Origin: Yuukianura sp. NJ FZ-2021
Taxonomy: Eukaryota
DNA length: 64,000 nt
Direction: 5' to 3'
Assembly: GCA_046563655.1 (NCBI GenBank)
Contig: CM102288.1
Span: 5,270,001-5,334,000, forward strand
Numbering within the stretch: the stretch's first letter is position 1; each line of letters begins with the position of its first letter. The notes beneath the pieces are model-generated. The model was not told the DNA's origin. It searched no databases and saw nothing but the letters and a program-made list of their open reading frames with translations. Position numbers and translations under genes: made by a program. Positions 1-11,220 of the stretch are shown piece after piece.

Positions 1-1679
1 CAAATTGCATTTGATTTTCTAAATGACGAATACGACTTGCCTTATGTAAGAAAACTCGTACCCAATTTTTCCAAGTCATTTTAAACAAAGTAAACTTTTA
101 ACTTTAAACAAACAAACAATTTTATTAAACTTCCACTTCTTTTCTACTCAAAATTATTTGTTAACAGTTCTTCAAACTTCAGAAATTGTTATTCTTGTGT
201 CTTTCGTTTAGATCGTGAGTGGATACGATTCGGTGCAGTACACGATGACGCATTTGCAAGACCTGGTTCAATACTTATTTCAAGTCTACTCAATATTTAC
301 CAACTCCCACCAGAGGAATTTGGTAATTGTGTCAAAATATTAACAATTTAGTTAGTTACAAAAATTCTCAAATTTTTTAAAAATATCTGATATTTGTCAT
401 TCACTTTTTATATAGTCATTTGAGAGCCAAAAGCCCGCGAGAAAACTTGTACGATCTGCAACCTTCAGCACAAATGATTCTCACGGACATTTTGGTAGAA
501 CAAAATTTTGATTATACCCTACAATTAACTCTGTTCGTTATGATTTTTTAAAAATTGCTTTTCAAAATGAAATTCAGTTTTTAAAAAATACATGAGAGAG
601 TCTCAATGATAGTGAATAAATGCTTTGTTGTTCTCCAGGATCAACTCGAACTGGTCACTGCATTCGAAATTTACAACAAAAGTTCCAGGGTCTAAGCTTT
701 AGTCCTTCGGAGTCCAGAGAAGAGCGCTGCACAAGAAGACGAGATGCAGAGAGGTCAAAAGCCAAAGTAATGCAGTTCATGTCGTCTGTTCAACAGCGCA
801 GGAGTGAAGCCGAGAAAGAAGCGAATGACGCTCGGAGAGACCGAGTTGTCAAAAGTATCCGAGCGGTTCACGTGACACAACCGGAGTCAAATTCAGTCAG
901 CCGATCAGCGTCGACTTCAACGAAAGACAGCGACGATTTTTTCAACGAATACAACATGAGACTATGGCGACAATCAGTGCCAACTATGGAGGAACGAATG
1001 GGCAAACTCCAAAATGCTTTTGCAACTCCGTTAACGGTAACTCCAGAAACTTCTCAATATTTCAAAAAAAAAAATTTTTTTTTTGTTCGTAATTTTGGTA
1101 AAAAGAAAGTTTTCAAAATTTCCATTTCAGAGCGCCAGTTCGGACAAAGAGGGAAAGAAAAGCCTGAAGAGAGCCAAGTCCTGTGCTGGAGTGACCCCAC
1201 GAGGAATAGCCGCTGCAAAGGTCAACACGAAAGACTGGGTTCAGCAAGTCATTGCTCAAAAATTTCCAGACGCGCCAGTACTCCAAACTTTTAAAGTTTC
1301 CGATAAGATTGCCCAGGAGGCAGAGGTGGATGAAATTTTGGAAAATCCTCAATATAGTGACCCGCCTGTTACAACAGAAGCTTTTCCTGAAACAATCGAA
1401 GCGATTAATAGTAACGTTGTGATTGATGACGTCACGTGCGATAACGACTACATAATTCTGGGCCGTGTCCCAGAACGCGTATTTTACTGTGCCCAGACAG
1501 AAAATAATTTCGAAAATGAAAGTGGACGTGAAACTGGAGCTGATTTCTGTGGAAACCCGTCAATAAAAATTCAAGAAACCCCGCCCATTGAATTTGACGA
1601 AAACGATGAAGATTTACTGGAAATTCTGGATCCTGAGGACCTTGACCACCTCGAAGCGTGGGCTGGAAAGTACCTGTAG
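1..1679 (+). CDS. 3' part of a divergent, C-terminally truncated MICAL-like (calponin-homology domain) protein; 5' end outside window
   Basis: GT-AG exons <1-45, 212-322, 416-494, 639-1036, 1131-1679 splice in frame. QIAFDFLNDEYDLPYIVSGYDSVQYTMTHLQDLVQYLFQVYSIF resembles the end of a MICAL-type CH domain. FNEYNMRLWRQSVPTMEERMGKL and AKVNTKDWVQQVIAQKF resemble post-CH segments of arthropod MICAL (recalled, not searched). Ends in an acidic tail. Confidence 0.6.
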
Positions 1680-1885
1680 AAAGCAATTTCAAAGACGAAT
1701 TTCAAAATTATTAAACTGTCGAATAGGTACTTTTCAAAATTTTAAAAGTTTTTAACCTTTTTTCTCTAAACCAAGCTGTGGTGGCTAATATTGATGTCCA
1801 ATTTTTTTTGTATTAAAAAATTGAAACACTAAAAATTAGAATATAAATAAACAAAATTTACAAACCAGATAAAATTGTTGAAGCG

Positions 1886-2220
1886 TATTCAAAAGCAGTC
1901 GTGTATCAACCGGGTTTATTTTTGGTAATGCCTAAAACAAATTTCACTCAACTATGGCATGCCGCAACTCATCTTCATTGCTAACATATTATGCACTAAA
2001 AGTCAATCTCATTTCAACAGAAGCGATCACTCCCTGTGAGCTGAACTGAAGTGTTATTTTTTCATTTCAAGGTTAAATTCGTTATACCTACGACAATGGA
2101 GTTTTAGTATTAAATTGAGTTTTCGATTAGACAACTACGGTTATCTGCCACCTATAAGGGGCAGAGATCTGAAACGAGGTTCAGTGCCAGTTCGACTCCG
2201 TATATGAGAAAAACTGCAAT
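1886..2220 (+). promoter_or_regulatory. Copy of the CYP upstream/promoter block with TATA (2153) and Inr-like TCAGT (2181)
   Basis: Colinear similarity to 7960-8318 (upstream of the second CYP) and to about 5560-5880. TATAAG to the Inr A is 30 bp. Confidence 0.65.
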
Positions 2221-2402
2221 CATTATCCTAATCGACATTTAAGTCAAGCTGAACGTAGGTTACCGAGCGTACTGACGGAAGTTACTCGAAAACAATACAA
2301 GTACTAGTAAGTCATTATCATTTTTGAAGCAGTTTATAACACGTATCGGCGAATACTTATACTTCATTAGTGACAAATAATTTGTAATGATTGATTTTAG
2401 AA

Positions 2403-2975
2403 ATGGGAGGTGAGTGGCAATTTGTATTTTACAAATGCGGGATTAAGAAGGATAAAAGGCAGGAGGACTTTCCTTTAAGGCAGTATCAGGAATCACTGTT
2501 AATTATTCGCAACAAATACAAGGACATACTGAAGACGGTTACAGGTCATATCCAGACAGACTATCATAGACCCAGAAATTATACTGCTGAATGGTGCATT
2601 GAGGATGAAGCTCCTAGGAACGGAGACAATGTCTTTGCAAAATTCAGCTATCACTGTATTCGACCACAATGCCATGGCCTATCCTACCTTGAATCAGTAC
2701 CTGATCTCGGCAACTTGGTTGCAGGTTGGGTATTGTACTGGAATCCTTCAATTGCTTCGCAACAGGATCGCTTCTATTCTCATGTTTTTGCTCGTTGTGC
2801 ACCCCGCTCCTTCATCAGGAAGTCCGTAGAAATTCAACTCAACTTGCAAAGGAAATATCCTGAATACTTTATGTTTGACCTTTTGGATGGGTTCTCTGGA
2901 GTTGGGTGTCTTTGTGAAAATAGATGCAGATGTGGCAACGAGGCCCGATTGCCAAATTCAAATTATGTTTTATAA
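2403..2975 (+). CDS. Orphan 190-aa protein, intronless CDS, C-terminal CxCxxxCxC
   Basis: Open 573-nt frame in AT-rich DNA. ATG lies 2 nt after a TTTTAG acceptor (2400), with a probable 5'UTR intron from GTAAGT at 2307. AATAAA near 3124. Confidence 0.55.
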   Translation: MGGEWQFVFYKCGIKKDKRQEDFPLRQYQESLLIIRNKYKDILKTVTGHIQTDYHRPRNYTAEWCIEDEAPRNGDNVFAKFSYHCIRPQCHGLSYLESVPDLGNLVAGWVLYWNPSIASQQDRFYSHVFARCAPRSFIRKSVEIQLNLQRKYPEYFMFDLLDGFSGVGCLCENRCRCGNEARLPNSNYVL

Positions 2976-3484
2976 ATATTAAGTTGGAATATCTTTTCTG
3001 AACTGTAAACTAACTCTCAGTAAATTATTACAATGTACATTTTCTGTGGTTTGAAATATCCTTTGATAAAAACATAGCAAATTAATTAATTCAATTGAAA
3101 TTTAATAAGTAAATTAAATATGTAATAAAATGAAAGTGATTTTTTAAATTACAACGGGAAATTCCCTAGTTGAAATTTCTAAGTTAAAAGCGATGAACTT
3201 TTTAGGTAATTGAAATTACTTTGGAATTCTTAAAAAACATGCCATGAAAGAAGTACGCTCAGTAGGCATAACAGTGCGGCATGGTACCGAATACCATGTG
3301 TATCGCATACTTGACAAATGGGTAAAATCGGATAAAATCCAGTTCCGAGTTGACTAAATTGAGTATCTTCCGGAGAAAACATTAAATCCGGATATACCAC
3401 TACCAAGTACACCATTTTCGAGAAGAGTGAGCGGAAAAAATATTTTAAACATCCAGCAAGACTGGCTATACTATTAGCTCTATA

Positions 3485-4140
3485 ATGGTATATGTTTGAA
3501 AATTAAAAATGGTATATGTTTGAAAATTAAAAATGGTATATGTTTGAAAATTAAAAATGGTATATGTTTGAAAATTAAAAATGGTATATGTTAGAAAATT
3601 AAAAATGGTATATGTTTGAAAATAGAAATATATATATGTTTATAAGAGGGGGCTCACTACCTATTGATTAGGATAGTGAGGCCCACGCTGAGCATGCGCT
3701 GAAAATAGAAATACTAAAAATGGTATATGTTTGAAAATAGAAATACTAAAAATGGTATATGTGTGAAAATAGAAATACTAAAAATGGTATATGTTTGAAA
3801 ATAGAAATACTAAAAATGGTATATGTGTGAAAATAGAAATACTAAAAATGGTATATGCTTGAAAATAGAAATACTAAAAATGGTGTATGTTTGAAAATAG
3901 AAATATATATATGTTTATAAGAGGGGGCTCACTACCTATTGATTAGGATAGTGAGGCCCACGCTGAGCATGCGCTGAAAATAGAAATACTAAAAATGGTA
4001 TATGTTTGAAAATAGAAATACTAAAAATGGTATATGTGTGAAAATAGAAATACTAAAAATGGTATATGTTTGAAAATAGAAATACTAAAAATGGTATATG
4101 TGTGAAAATAGAAATACTAAAAATGGTATATGCTTGAAAT
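3485..4140. repeat. Composite tandem array: 24-bp units, then 32-bp units, with a 275-bp higher-order repeat carrying a stem-loop
   Basis: GGTATATGTTTGAAAATTAAAAAT at 24-bp period (3487, 3511, 3535...). GGTATATGTTTGAAAATAGAAATACTAAAAAT at 32-bp period (3722, 3754, 3786...). Identical hairpin cassette at 3650-3684 and 3925-3959. Confidence 0.95.
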
Positions 4141-4156
4141 TTACGGTATGTGATAA

Positions 4157-5060
4157 GTGATGGAGTTCATGGCGTCTGTTCAACAGCGCAGCAGCAGTAG
4201 TGAAGCCGAGAAAGAAGCAAGTGACGCTCGGAGAGACAGAGTTGTCAAAAGCATCCGAGCAGTTCACCTGACACAGCCGGAGTCAACTGTCAGCCAATCA
4301 GCGTCGACGTCAACAAAAGACAGCGACGATTTTTTCAACGAATACAACATGAGGTTATGGAGACAATCAGTTCCTACCATGGAAGAACGAATGGGCAAAC
4401 TCCAAAATGCTTTTGCAACTCCGCTACCGGTAAACTTCAGAACATTCTCAAAATTTCAAAGAAATTTTTTTTTTCGTAATTTAAACAAAAAATTTTCCAA
4501 AATTTTCATTTCAGAGTGCTAATTCAGACACAGAGGGAAAGAAAAGTCTAAAGAGAGCCAAGTCCTGTGCTGGAGTGACCCCACGAGGAATAGCCGCTGC
4601 AAAGGTCAACACAAAAGACTGGGTTCAGCAAGTCATTGCTCAAAAATTTCCAGGCGCGCCAATACCCCAAACTTCCAGAATTTCTGAAACGAATGCCCAG
4701 GAAGAACAAATCGGTGAAATTTTGGAAATTCGTGAATCGACTCAACCGCCCGCTAAAACTCAAGTTGTTTCTGAAACAATCGAAGCGATTAAAAGCGACG
4801 TCAGTGATGGCGTCATGAGCGACGGCGACGACGTAATTCTGGACCGAGTCCCAGAACGTGTATTTTATTGTGCCCAGGCAGAAGATAATATAGAAAATGA
4901 AGCTGAACTTGAAGTTAACGCTGAATTGAATGGAAACCCGCCCATAAAGATTCAAGAAAACCCGCCCAATGAATTTGATGAAAAAGATGAAGATTTGCTG
5001 GAATTTTTGGATCCTGTAGATCTTGACGACCTCGAAGCTTGGGCTGGAAAATACCTTTAA
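4157..5060 (+). pseudogene. 5'-truncated duplicate of the MICAL-like gene (last two exons; frame still open from ATG 4160)
   Basis: Exons 4157-4429 and 4515-5060 are paralogous to about 767-1036 and 1131-1679. Similarity stops at the tandem array and upstream exons are absent. Confidence 0.6.
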
Positions 5061-5921
5061 AACACAATTTAGAAAGCAAGTTTCACTTTTTTAAGTTTAA
5101 AACATTCAAATTTTTCAGTTTTTAACTTTCTTTTTCTCCAAAGGAAGAAGTGTTGTACTAGCAATAGTTGATACCGAGATTTTTTTTCTCAAAAAGTTAA
5201 AGGCTAAGCAAACCATATTAAAACCTGAAAAAAATTTGAAAGTTCACTCACAATGCAATGTTGTATCAACTTGATGGGAGCAGAATGCCAATGCTACGAA
5301 TGGAATGCTCCGGGTTTTCTCGAAACCAATTTCTTCGAAAAGTAAATTGCTCCGAAATTATAAAAAAGTACATTAGTGTCATTAGCGTTAAATAGGTTAG
5401 GCTTTTTTAGGCTAACAATGATGAGATTACCCTTGTAGTGATACTACAAGGTCGGATTAGATAAGCATGTATAACTATTTTTGGAACAATCTGGCCATCC
5501 AAGCAGTTAACTTTCCTGAGCAATTTATTCGAAGCAATGCGGTCCGGAGCAAAGGCAAAAGGCATGTTTTGTTATTGAATTGAAACAAATTTGACTTAAT
5601 CATGTTTCATGTACCAACTCATCTTCACTACTTAACGCAATACATATTGGCACAAATACTCAATGTCATTTTAACAAAAAATGACACTGAAGCGACAACT
5701 CTATTTGAAATGAAATTGAAGTGTTGTTTTTACGCAACCAAAATTTCAAGGTTAAATTTCTTACACCTACGAAAAAAGAGTAACTACTACTCAATTAAAT
5801 TTTGGATTAGATAGCAGAATTAGTCTCTGTTCGGACGTACTACGGACTACTTTGTACAGAAGTAGACCTGCTATTTTTAAGTGCAAACTTAAATTTGTTT
5901 TATTTTCATAGTTTTCACAAA

Positions 5922-7770
5922 ATGTTTTGGCTACTTTTTGTCGTTTTTGCCATTTTATTTGCTGTTTGGTTTGGAATTCAAGAATACTTAAAAAGGAGTT
6001 ACAGTTACTGGGATGCAAGAAATGTTAGATTTGTTGATATCCGAAAATTTTATTCTATTTTTGACGGAATCCTGCTCAAATACACAATTAGCGAAAGCGA
6101 ACTAAAGACGTACAATGCAGTAAAAAATGCAGGAATCAATACGTTTTGCGGATTAGTCGAATTCGGAACTCCCGAATTTTACGTCGTTGATCCAGAACTT
6201 ATCAAAACTATTTTGGTAAAATTTCATGTTTCACATTGAAAAATACTGAAGAATATATAAATTCATACATAAATTTATGCGTTGTTTATAATTTTTGGTT
6301 TTGAAGATCAAGGACTTTGATAGTTTTGTGGACCGAAGAGTTGTGGTTACCGGAAACAGTGACATTTTTGGTAAAATGCTGGCAAATATGAAAGGTCAAG
6401 CTTGGAAAGACATGCGCTCTACAATGAGTCCCACATTTACTACAGGAAAAATTCGTCGAATGTATTCCGTTTTCAATGACTCTTCTGAAAAACTAGCAGA
6501 TTTTCTACGAAAACAACCTTCGGAAAACGGAGAATTTGAACTACAGGCCGTTTTTACACGGTACACAATGGACGTCATTTCTTCTGCTGCTTTCGGACTC
6601 GATTCGCAAAGCTTCCAAAATTTAGACTCAGCTTTTTCCAAGTACACGACTCGATTTCAAAACCAATTTTCTGGAATTGGAGGCTTCAAACTTCTCGTTG
6701 CATTTTTTTCTCCCAAAATTCTTGAGTTTTTCAAAATCTCGCTGTTGGATCAGGAGGCTGCTGATTTTTTTGCAAATGTCGTCAAAAGGACAATTGCACA
6801 CCGGGAAGCCACAGGAGAAAAACGTCAAGATTTTTTGCAACTGATGATGGAAGCACGCCAAAATTCGATTGAACCTGTCGCTCTTGATGAAATGAGTACA
6901 TTTGAAAAAGACGCCCAAATTCAAAATTTTTCCAAAGTTCAACTAACCGAGGACTTGATTTTGGCGCAAAGTTTGCTCTTTTTCCTTGGCGGATTTGATC
7001 CAATTGAAACGATGCTTCGGCTTGCAGCGTATGAATTGGCACTTAACCAGGACGTACAAGACAAGCTTTTTGAAGAGCTGAAGGGGGCGTATGAGAGAAA
7101 CAAGGGACAGTTGACCTATGACCTCATCATGCAATTGGAATATTTGGAGAAGGTCACATCAGAAACACTCAGGAAATGGCCGCCGGGCATCCGCTTGGAA
7201 CGCAAAAGTACGAAATCTTACAAAGTTCCTAACTCGGACGTCACAGTTGATCCGGATACACTAGTCGTTATTCCTGTCTACGGAATACACATGGACGAAC
7301 GTATAGATTTGAATTTATATTTCACAGAAATAATTTGTTTTTATTATTTAAATTTAATTAATTTCACTTTATTTATTTTTTAGGGTACTATCCACAGCCG
7401 GAAAAATTCGACCCGGAACGATTCAGCGCAGAAAATAAGGCAAAACGACACCCATTTACTTATATGCCATTCGGTAATTTACAACATACAGACACCATGC
7501 CATACAGTTTACATGGGTTTAAAAAATTTGTGTGTTTTTTTTCTTAAAATTTCAAATATTGTTTTAGGTTCTGGTCCTCGCAACTGCATAGCTATGCGGT
7601 TTGCATTGGCCGAGGGGAAAGCTGCTTTAGCTCATTTGATTCTGAACTTTAAATTTGAACCTTGCGCAAAAACTGAAATTCCGCTAAAATTTAAAACGGC
7701 GTCACCGATGTCACCGTTCAAGCCGGTAAATGGCATGTGGCTTCGAGTTACACCAAGGAAGGAACAATAG
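5922..7770 (+). CDS. Cytochrome P450, clan 3 (CYP6/CYP9/CYP3-like), atypical I-helix GGFDP
   Basis: Exons 5922-6215, 6307-7300, 7384-7473, 7568-7770. N-terminal TM anchor, WxxxR, ETLR, FDPERF, heme motif [11 protein letters not shown]. Confidence 0.95.
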
Positions 7771-8360
7771 TGACATGGAAAAAGAATATCCCACAGACAA
7801 GCATCAAGAATAAGCTTCAACAAGTTGCAAAATAAACGTATCAAGAAATTTCTAGCGATTTCTTCCATATGGTTAATGTTGATGTCGAATTTTCTTTCTT
7901 TTTATTATAAAGTAAAGGTAGAATAAAAAAATATTAAAAATTGAAAAAATTCTCAAGTTTATTCAACAGCACTGTTGTATCAACCGAGTTTATTTTTGGC
8001 ATTGTATAAAACAAATTTCACTCAACCATTGTCATGTCTTAACTCATCTTTGCTGCTAACCACATTATGCATTAGCACAAAAAGTCAATGTCATTTCAAC
8101 AAAAAATGAAACTGAAACGAAGACTCTACTTGAACTGAAGTTGAAGTGTTGTTTTTCCATGAACAAAATTTCAAGGTCGAATTCGTTACATCTACGACAA
8201 AAGTGATATTGCTGGTGCTAAATTGAATTTTTGATTAGATAACTACAGCTATTTGCCACTTATAAGTGGCACAGAGATTCAGTGCCTGCTCGACTCTGCA
8301 CACGAGAAGAATTGCAATTTTACGAATTTAAATTGGTTCCAATTTCATAATTTAGACAAA

Positions 8361-10193
8361 ATGTTTTGGCCACTTTTTGTCGTTTTTGTCATTTTCTTTG
8401 CTTTTTGGTTTGGATTACAAAAATACTTAAAAAGGAATTACGGTTACTGGGATTCAAAAAATGTAAAGTTTTTTGATCTCCGAAAACTTTATTCTGCATT
8501 TGACGGAATACTGCTTAGGTACACAATTGATCAAAGCGAACTCAAGACGTACAATGCAGTAAAAAATGAAGGAATCAAAACGTTTTGCGGATTGGTCGAA
8601 TTTGGAGCTCCCGCATTTTACGTCGTTGATCCAGAACTTATGAAAACCATTATGGTAAAATTTTACATTTTAAAAAAGTTTCAAATTTGAGGACAAAATT
8701 TATGTTCTTTTATTTTTAAACTTGAAGATCAAAGACTTTGATAGTTTTGTGGACCGAAGAATTTTCGCCACCGGAAAGACAGACATTTTTGCCAAAATGG
8801 TATCAAATATGAAAGGTCAAGTTTGGAAAGACATGCGCGCTACAATGAGTCCAACATTTTCAACCGGAAAAATTCGTCGGATGTATTCCGTTTTCAATGA
8901 CTCTTCCAACAAACTAGCAGATTTTCTTCGAAAACAAACTTCCAAAAACCAAGAATTTGAACTTCGAGACGTTTTTACCCGATACACAATGGACGTCATT
9001 TCTTCTGCTGCCTTTGGACTCGATTCTCAAAGTTTTCAAAATTCAGATTCAGATTTTTCCAAGTACACGAAACGATTTCAAAATCAATTTTCTGGAATTG
9101 GAGCCTTCAAATTCCTAGTTGCATTTTTTTCACCCAAACTCCTTGAGTTTTTCAAAATCTCACTTATGGATAAAGAGGCTTCTGATTTTTTTGCAAATGT
9201 CGTCAAAAGGACAATTGCTCATCGCGAATCAACTGGAGAAAAACGTCAAGATTTTTTGCAACTGATGATGGAAGCGCGCCAAAATTCGATTGAACCTGTC
9301 GCCGTTGATGAAATGAGCACTTTTGAAAAAGACGCCGAACTTCAAAATTCTTCCAAAATTCAACTGACTGAAGAGTTGATTTTGGCGCAGAGTTTGCTTT
9401 TTTTCATTGGTGGATTTGATACAATTGAAACCTTGCTGCTGCTTGCAGCGTATGAATTGGCACTTAATCAAGACGTGCAAGATAAACTGTTTGAAGAGCT
9501 GAAGGGAGCATATGATGGAAACAACGGACAGTTGACCTATGATGTTGTTATGCAATTGGAATATTTAGAGAAAGTTACTTCAGAAACACTCAGAAAATGG
9601 CCGCCGGGCATTCGACTGGAACGGAAAAGTACGAAATCTTACAAAGTTCCTAACTCGGAAGCGACAATTGACCCGGATACACTTGTTGTTCTTCCCATCT
9701 ATGGAATACATATGGATGAACGTATGGATTTGTATTTATTTTATAAAATAATTAGTTTATATACATATTCACCTAATTCTAATTTGTGCTGTTATTTTTT
9801 GGTTAGGGTACTATCCTGATCCGGAAAAATTTGATCCCGAACGATTCAACGCAGAGAATAAGGCCAAGCGACATCCATTCACTTATTTGCCATTCGGTAA
9901 TTACACTAAAGAGTCCATAGCATACAGCTTGCATGGGTTTAAAAAAACAATTATTATAAAATAACAACTATAGTTTTTTTCTAAAACATAAAATGACATT
10001 TTTAGGTGCTGGTCCTCGAAACTGCATAGCTATGCGCTTTGCGTTGGCCGAGGGAAAGGCTGCTATAGCTCACTTGATTTTGAACTTTAAATTGGAGCCT
10101 TCCGCAAAAACTGAGATTCCTCTTAAATTTAAGACAATGTCACCCTTCAAACCGGCTAATGGTTTGTGGCTTCGAGTTACACCAAGGAACTAA
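8361..10193 (+). CDS. Cytochrome P450, clan 3, tandem paralogue
   Basis: Exons 8361-8654, 8728-9721, 9807-9896, 10006-10193 (first three exon sizes match the neighbour). [26 protein letters not shown]. Confidence 0.95.
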
Positions 10194-11220
10194 CATTACT
10201 GGAATACAAAAGGATATCCTACAGTCGTTAGCAATAAGCTCAAACATGCTGCAATATTTAACGTGTCCATTAAATTCAAGAATCTTTGCCGCATAAGGCA
10301 ATTAGACTTTTAATGTCCTTTTCATGTTAAAAAGCCAAATTGCGACAGAAGGAAATTAAAAAGTGCGAAGCAAGCAGAAGTTGCTAAGATTAAATTATTT
10401 CACGCATAATTAAATTAACGTAGAAAGTATTTGTACAAAAAATTTGGAAAAGTTTATTACGTTTCTCTCATTTCTCTGCACTACAAGAAAATCCAATGGA
10501 AAAAATTTCCATGGATTTTTTCAGTGTGAACAAACCAAAATCCACTCTATGAATAGAAAATCCATCCACACCTTCTCTGGGATGATCCATCCAGAGAAAG
10601 TAAATCTGGTGTGTGAACTGTATTGCCGTCCAGTGGAACGAAAATCCATCCTGTGGTTCTGTGTGAACCCGCCTTAATGAACCGGTTTCACTTTTGAAAA
10701 ATCATGCCCAAACTGAAAAACATCAAAGTTGAGTTATTGGAAAACCTGTCATAGAAAAACTTTTCTTTGTTTTTCTTTGTTTACCACCTGGTAGTGCTGA
10801 TGTAATTGGCACAAGTAAATGTTACTTGCGTAATTCAACTGGTGTAATGACGCGGAAGCACCGTAACTGATGTATTTGCCCTTTATACAAATGACACTTA
10901 TACACTAAAACTTTTATTATGCAAACTTGTAGTGCAATATATCATTTGGAAGTAATAAATATTAATTTACTTTGACCTTGAAACGTGTGTTCGTTCTAGC
11001 TGCTTTTTACTCTTATTTAACAGGGACTATTTAAATAAATCTCCACTTAACTCAACCCAAATCAGTTCAAAATCTCCCTCTCCAGAATTTAGTTGAAACA
11101 TTTTGAAATTCCAATTTCAAAAAGCCACATTTTACATTAAATGTGCAACTGCTCGTCAAACACAAGTCTGTTACCATATTGATCCCGGCACACCGAAGCT
11201 TAAAAAAACTAAAAAGAAAA

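Noticed and set aside
3485..4140. CRISPR-like array
   Set aside because: Units are contiguous with no unique spacers, there are no cas genes, and the context is eukaryotic.
8255..8270. Perfect 16-bp palindrome GCCACTTATAAGTGGC as a Helitron 3' hairpin
   Set aside because: No CTRR terminus follows, and it is imperfect in the homologous copies; more simply part of the TATA region.
6396..9555. Antisense ORFs over CYP exons
   Set aside because: Expected shadows of long coding exons.
10444..10677. 77-aa ORF conserved in both copies, with a Harbinger-like end GTGTGAACCCGCC|TTAA
   Set aside because: The N-terminal part is frameshifted between copies, and only one TIR-like end was found, so neither gene nor element is supported.
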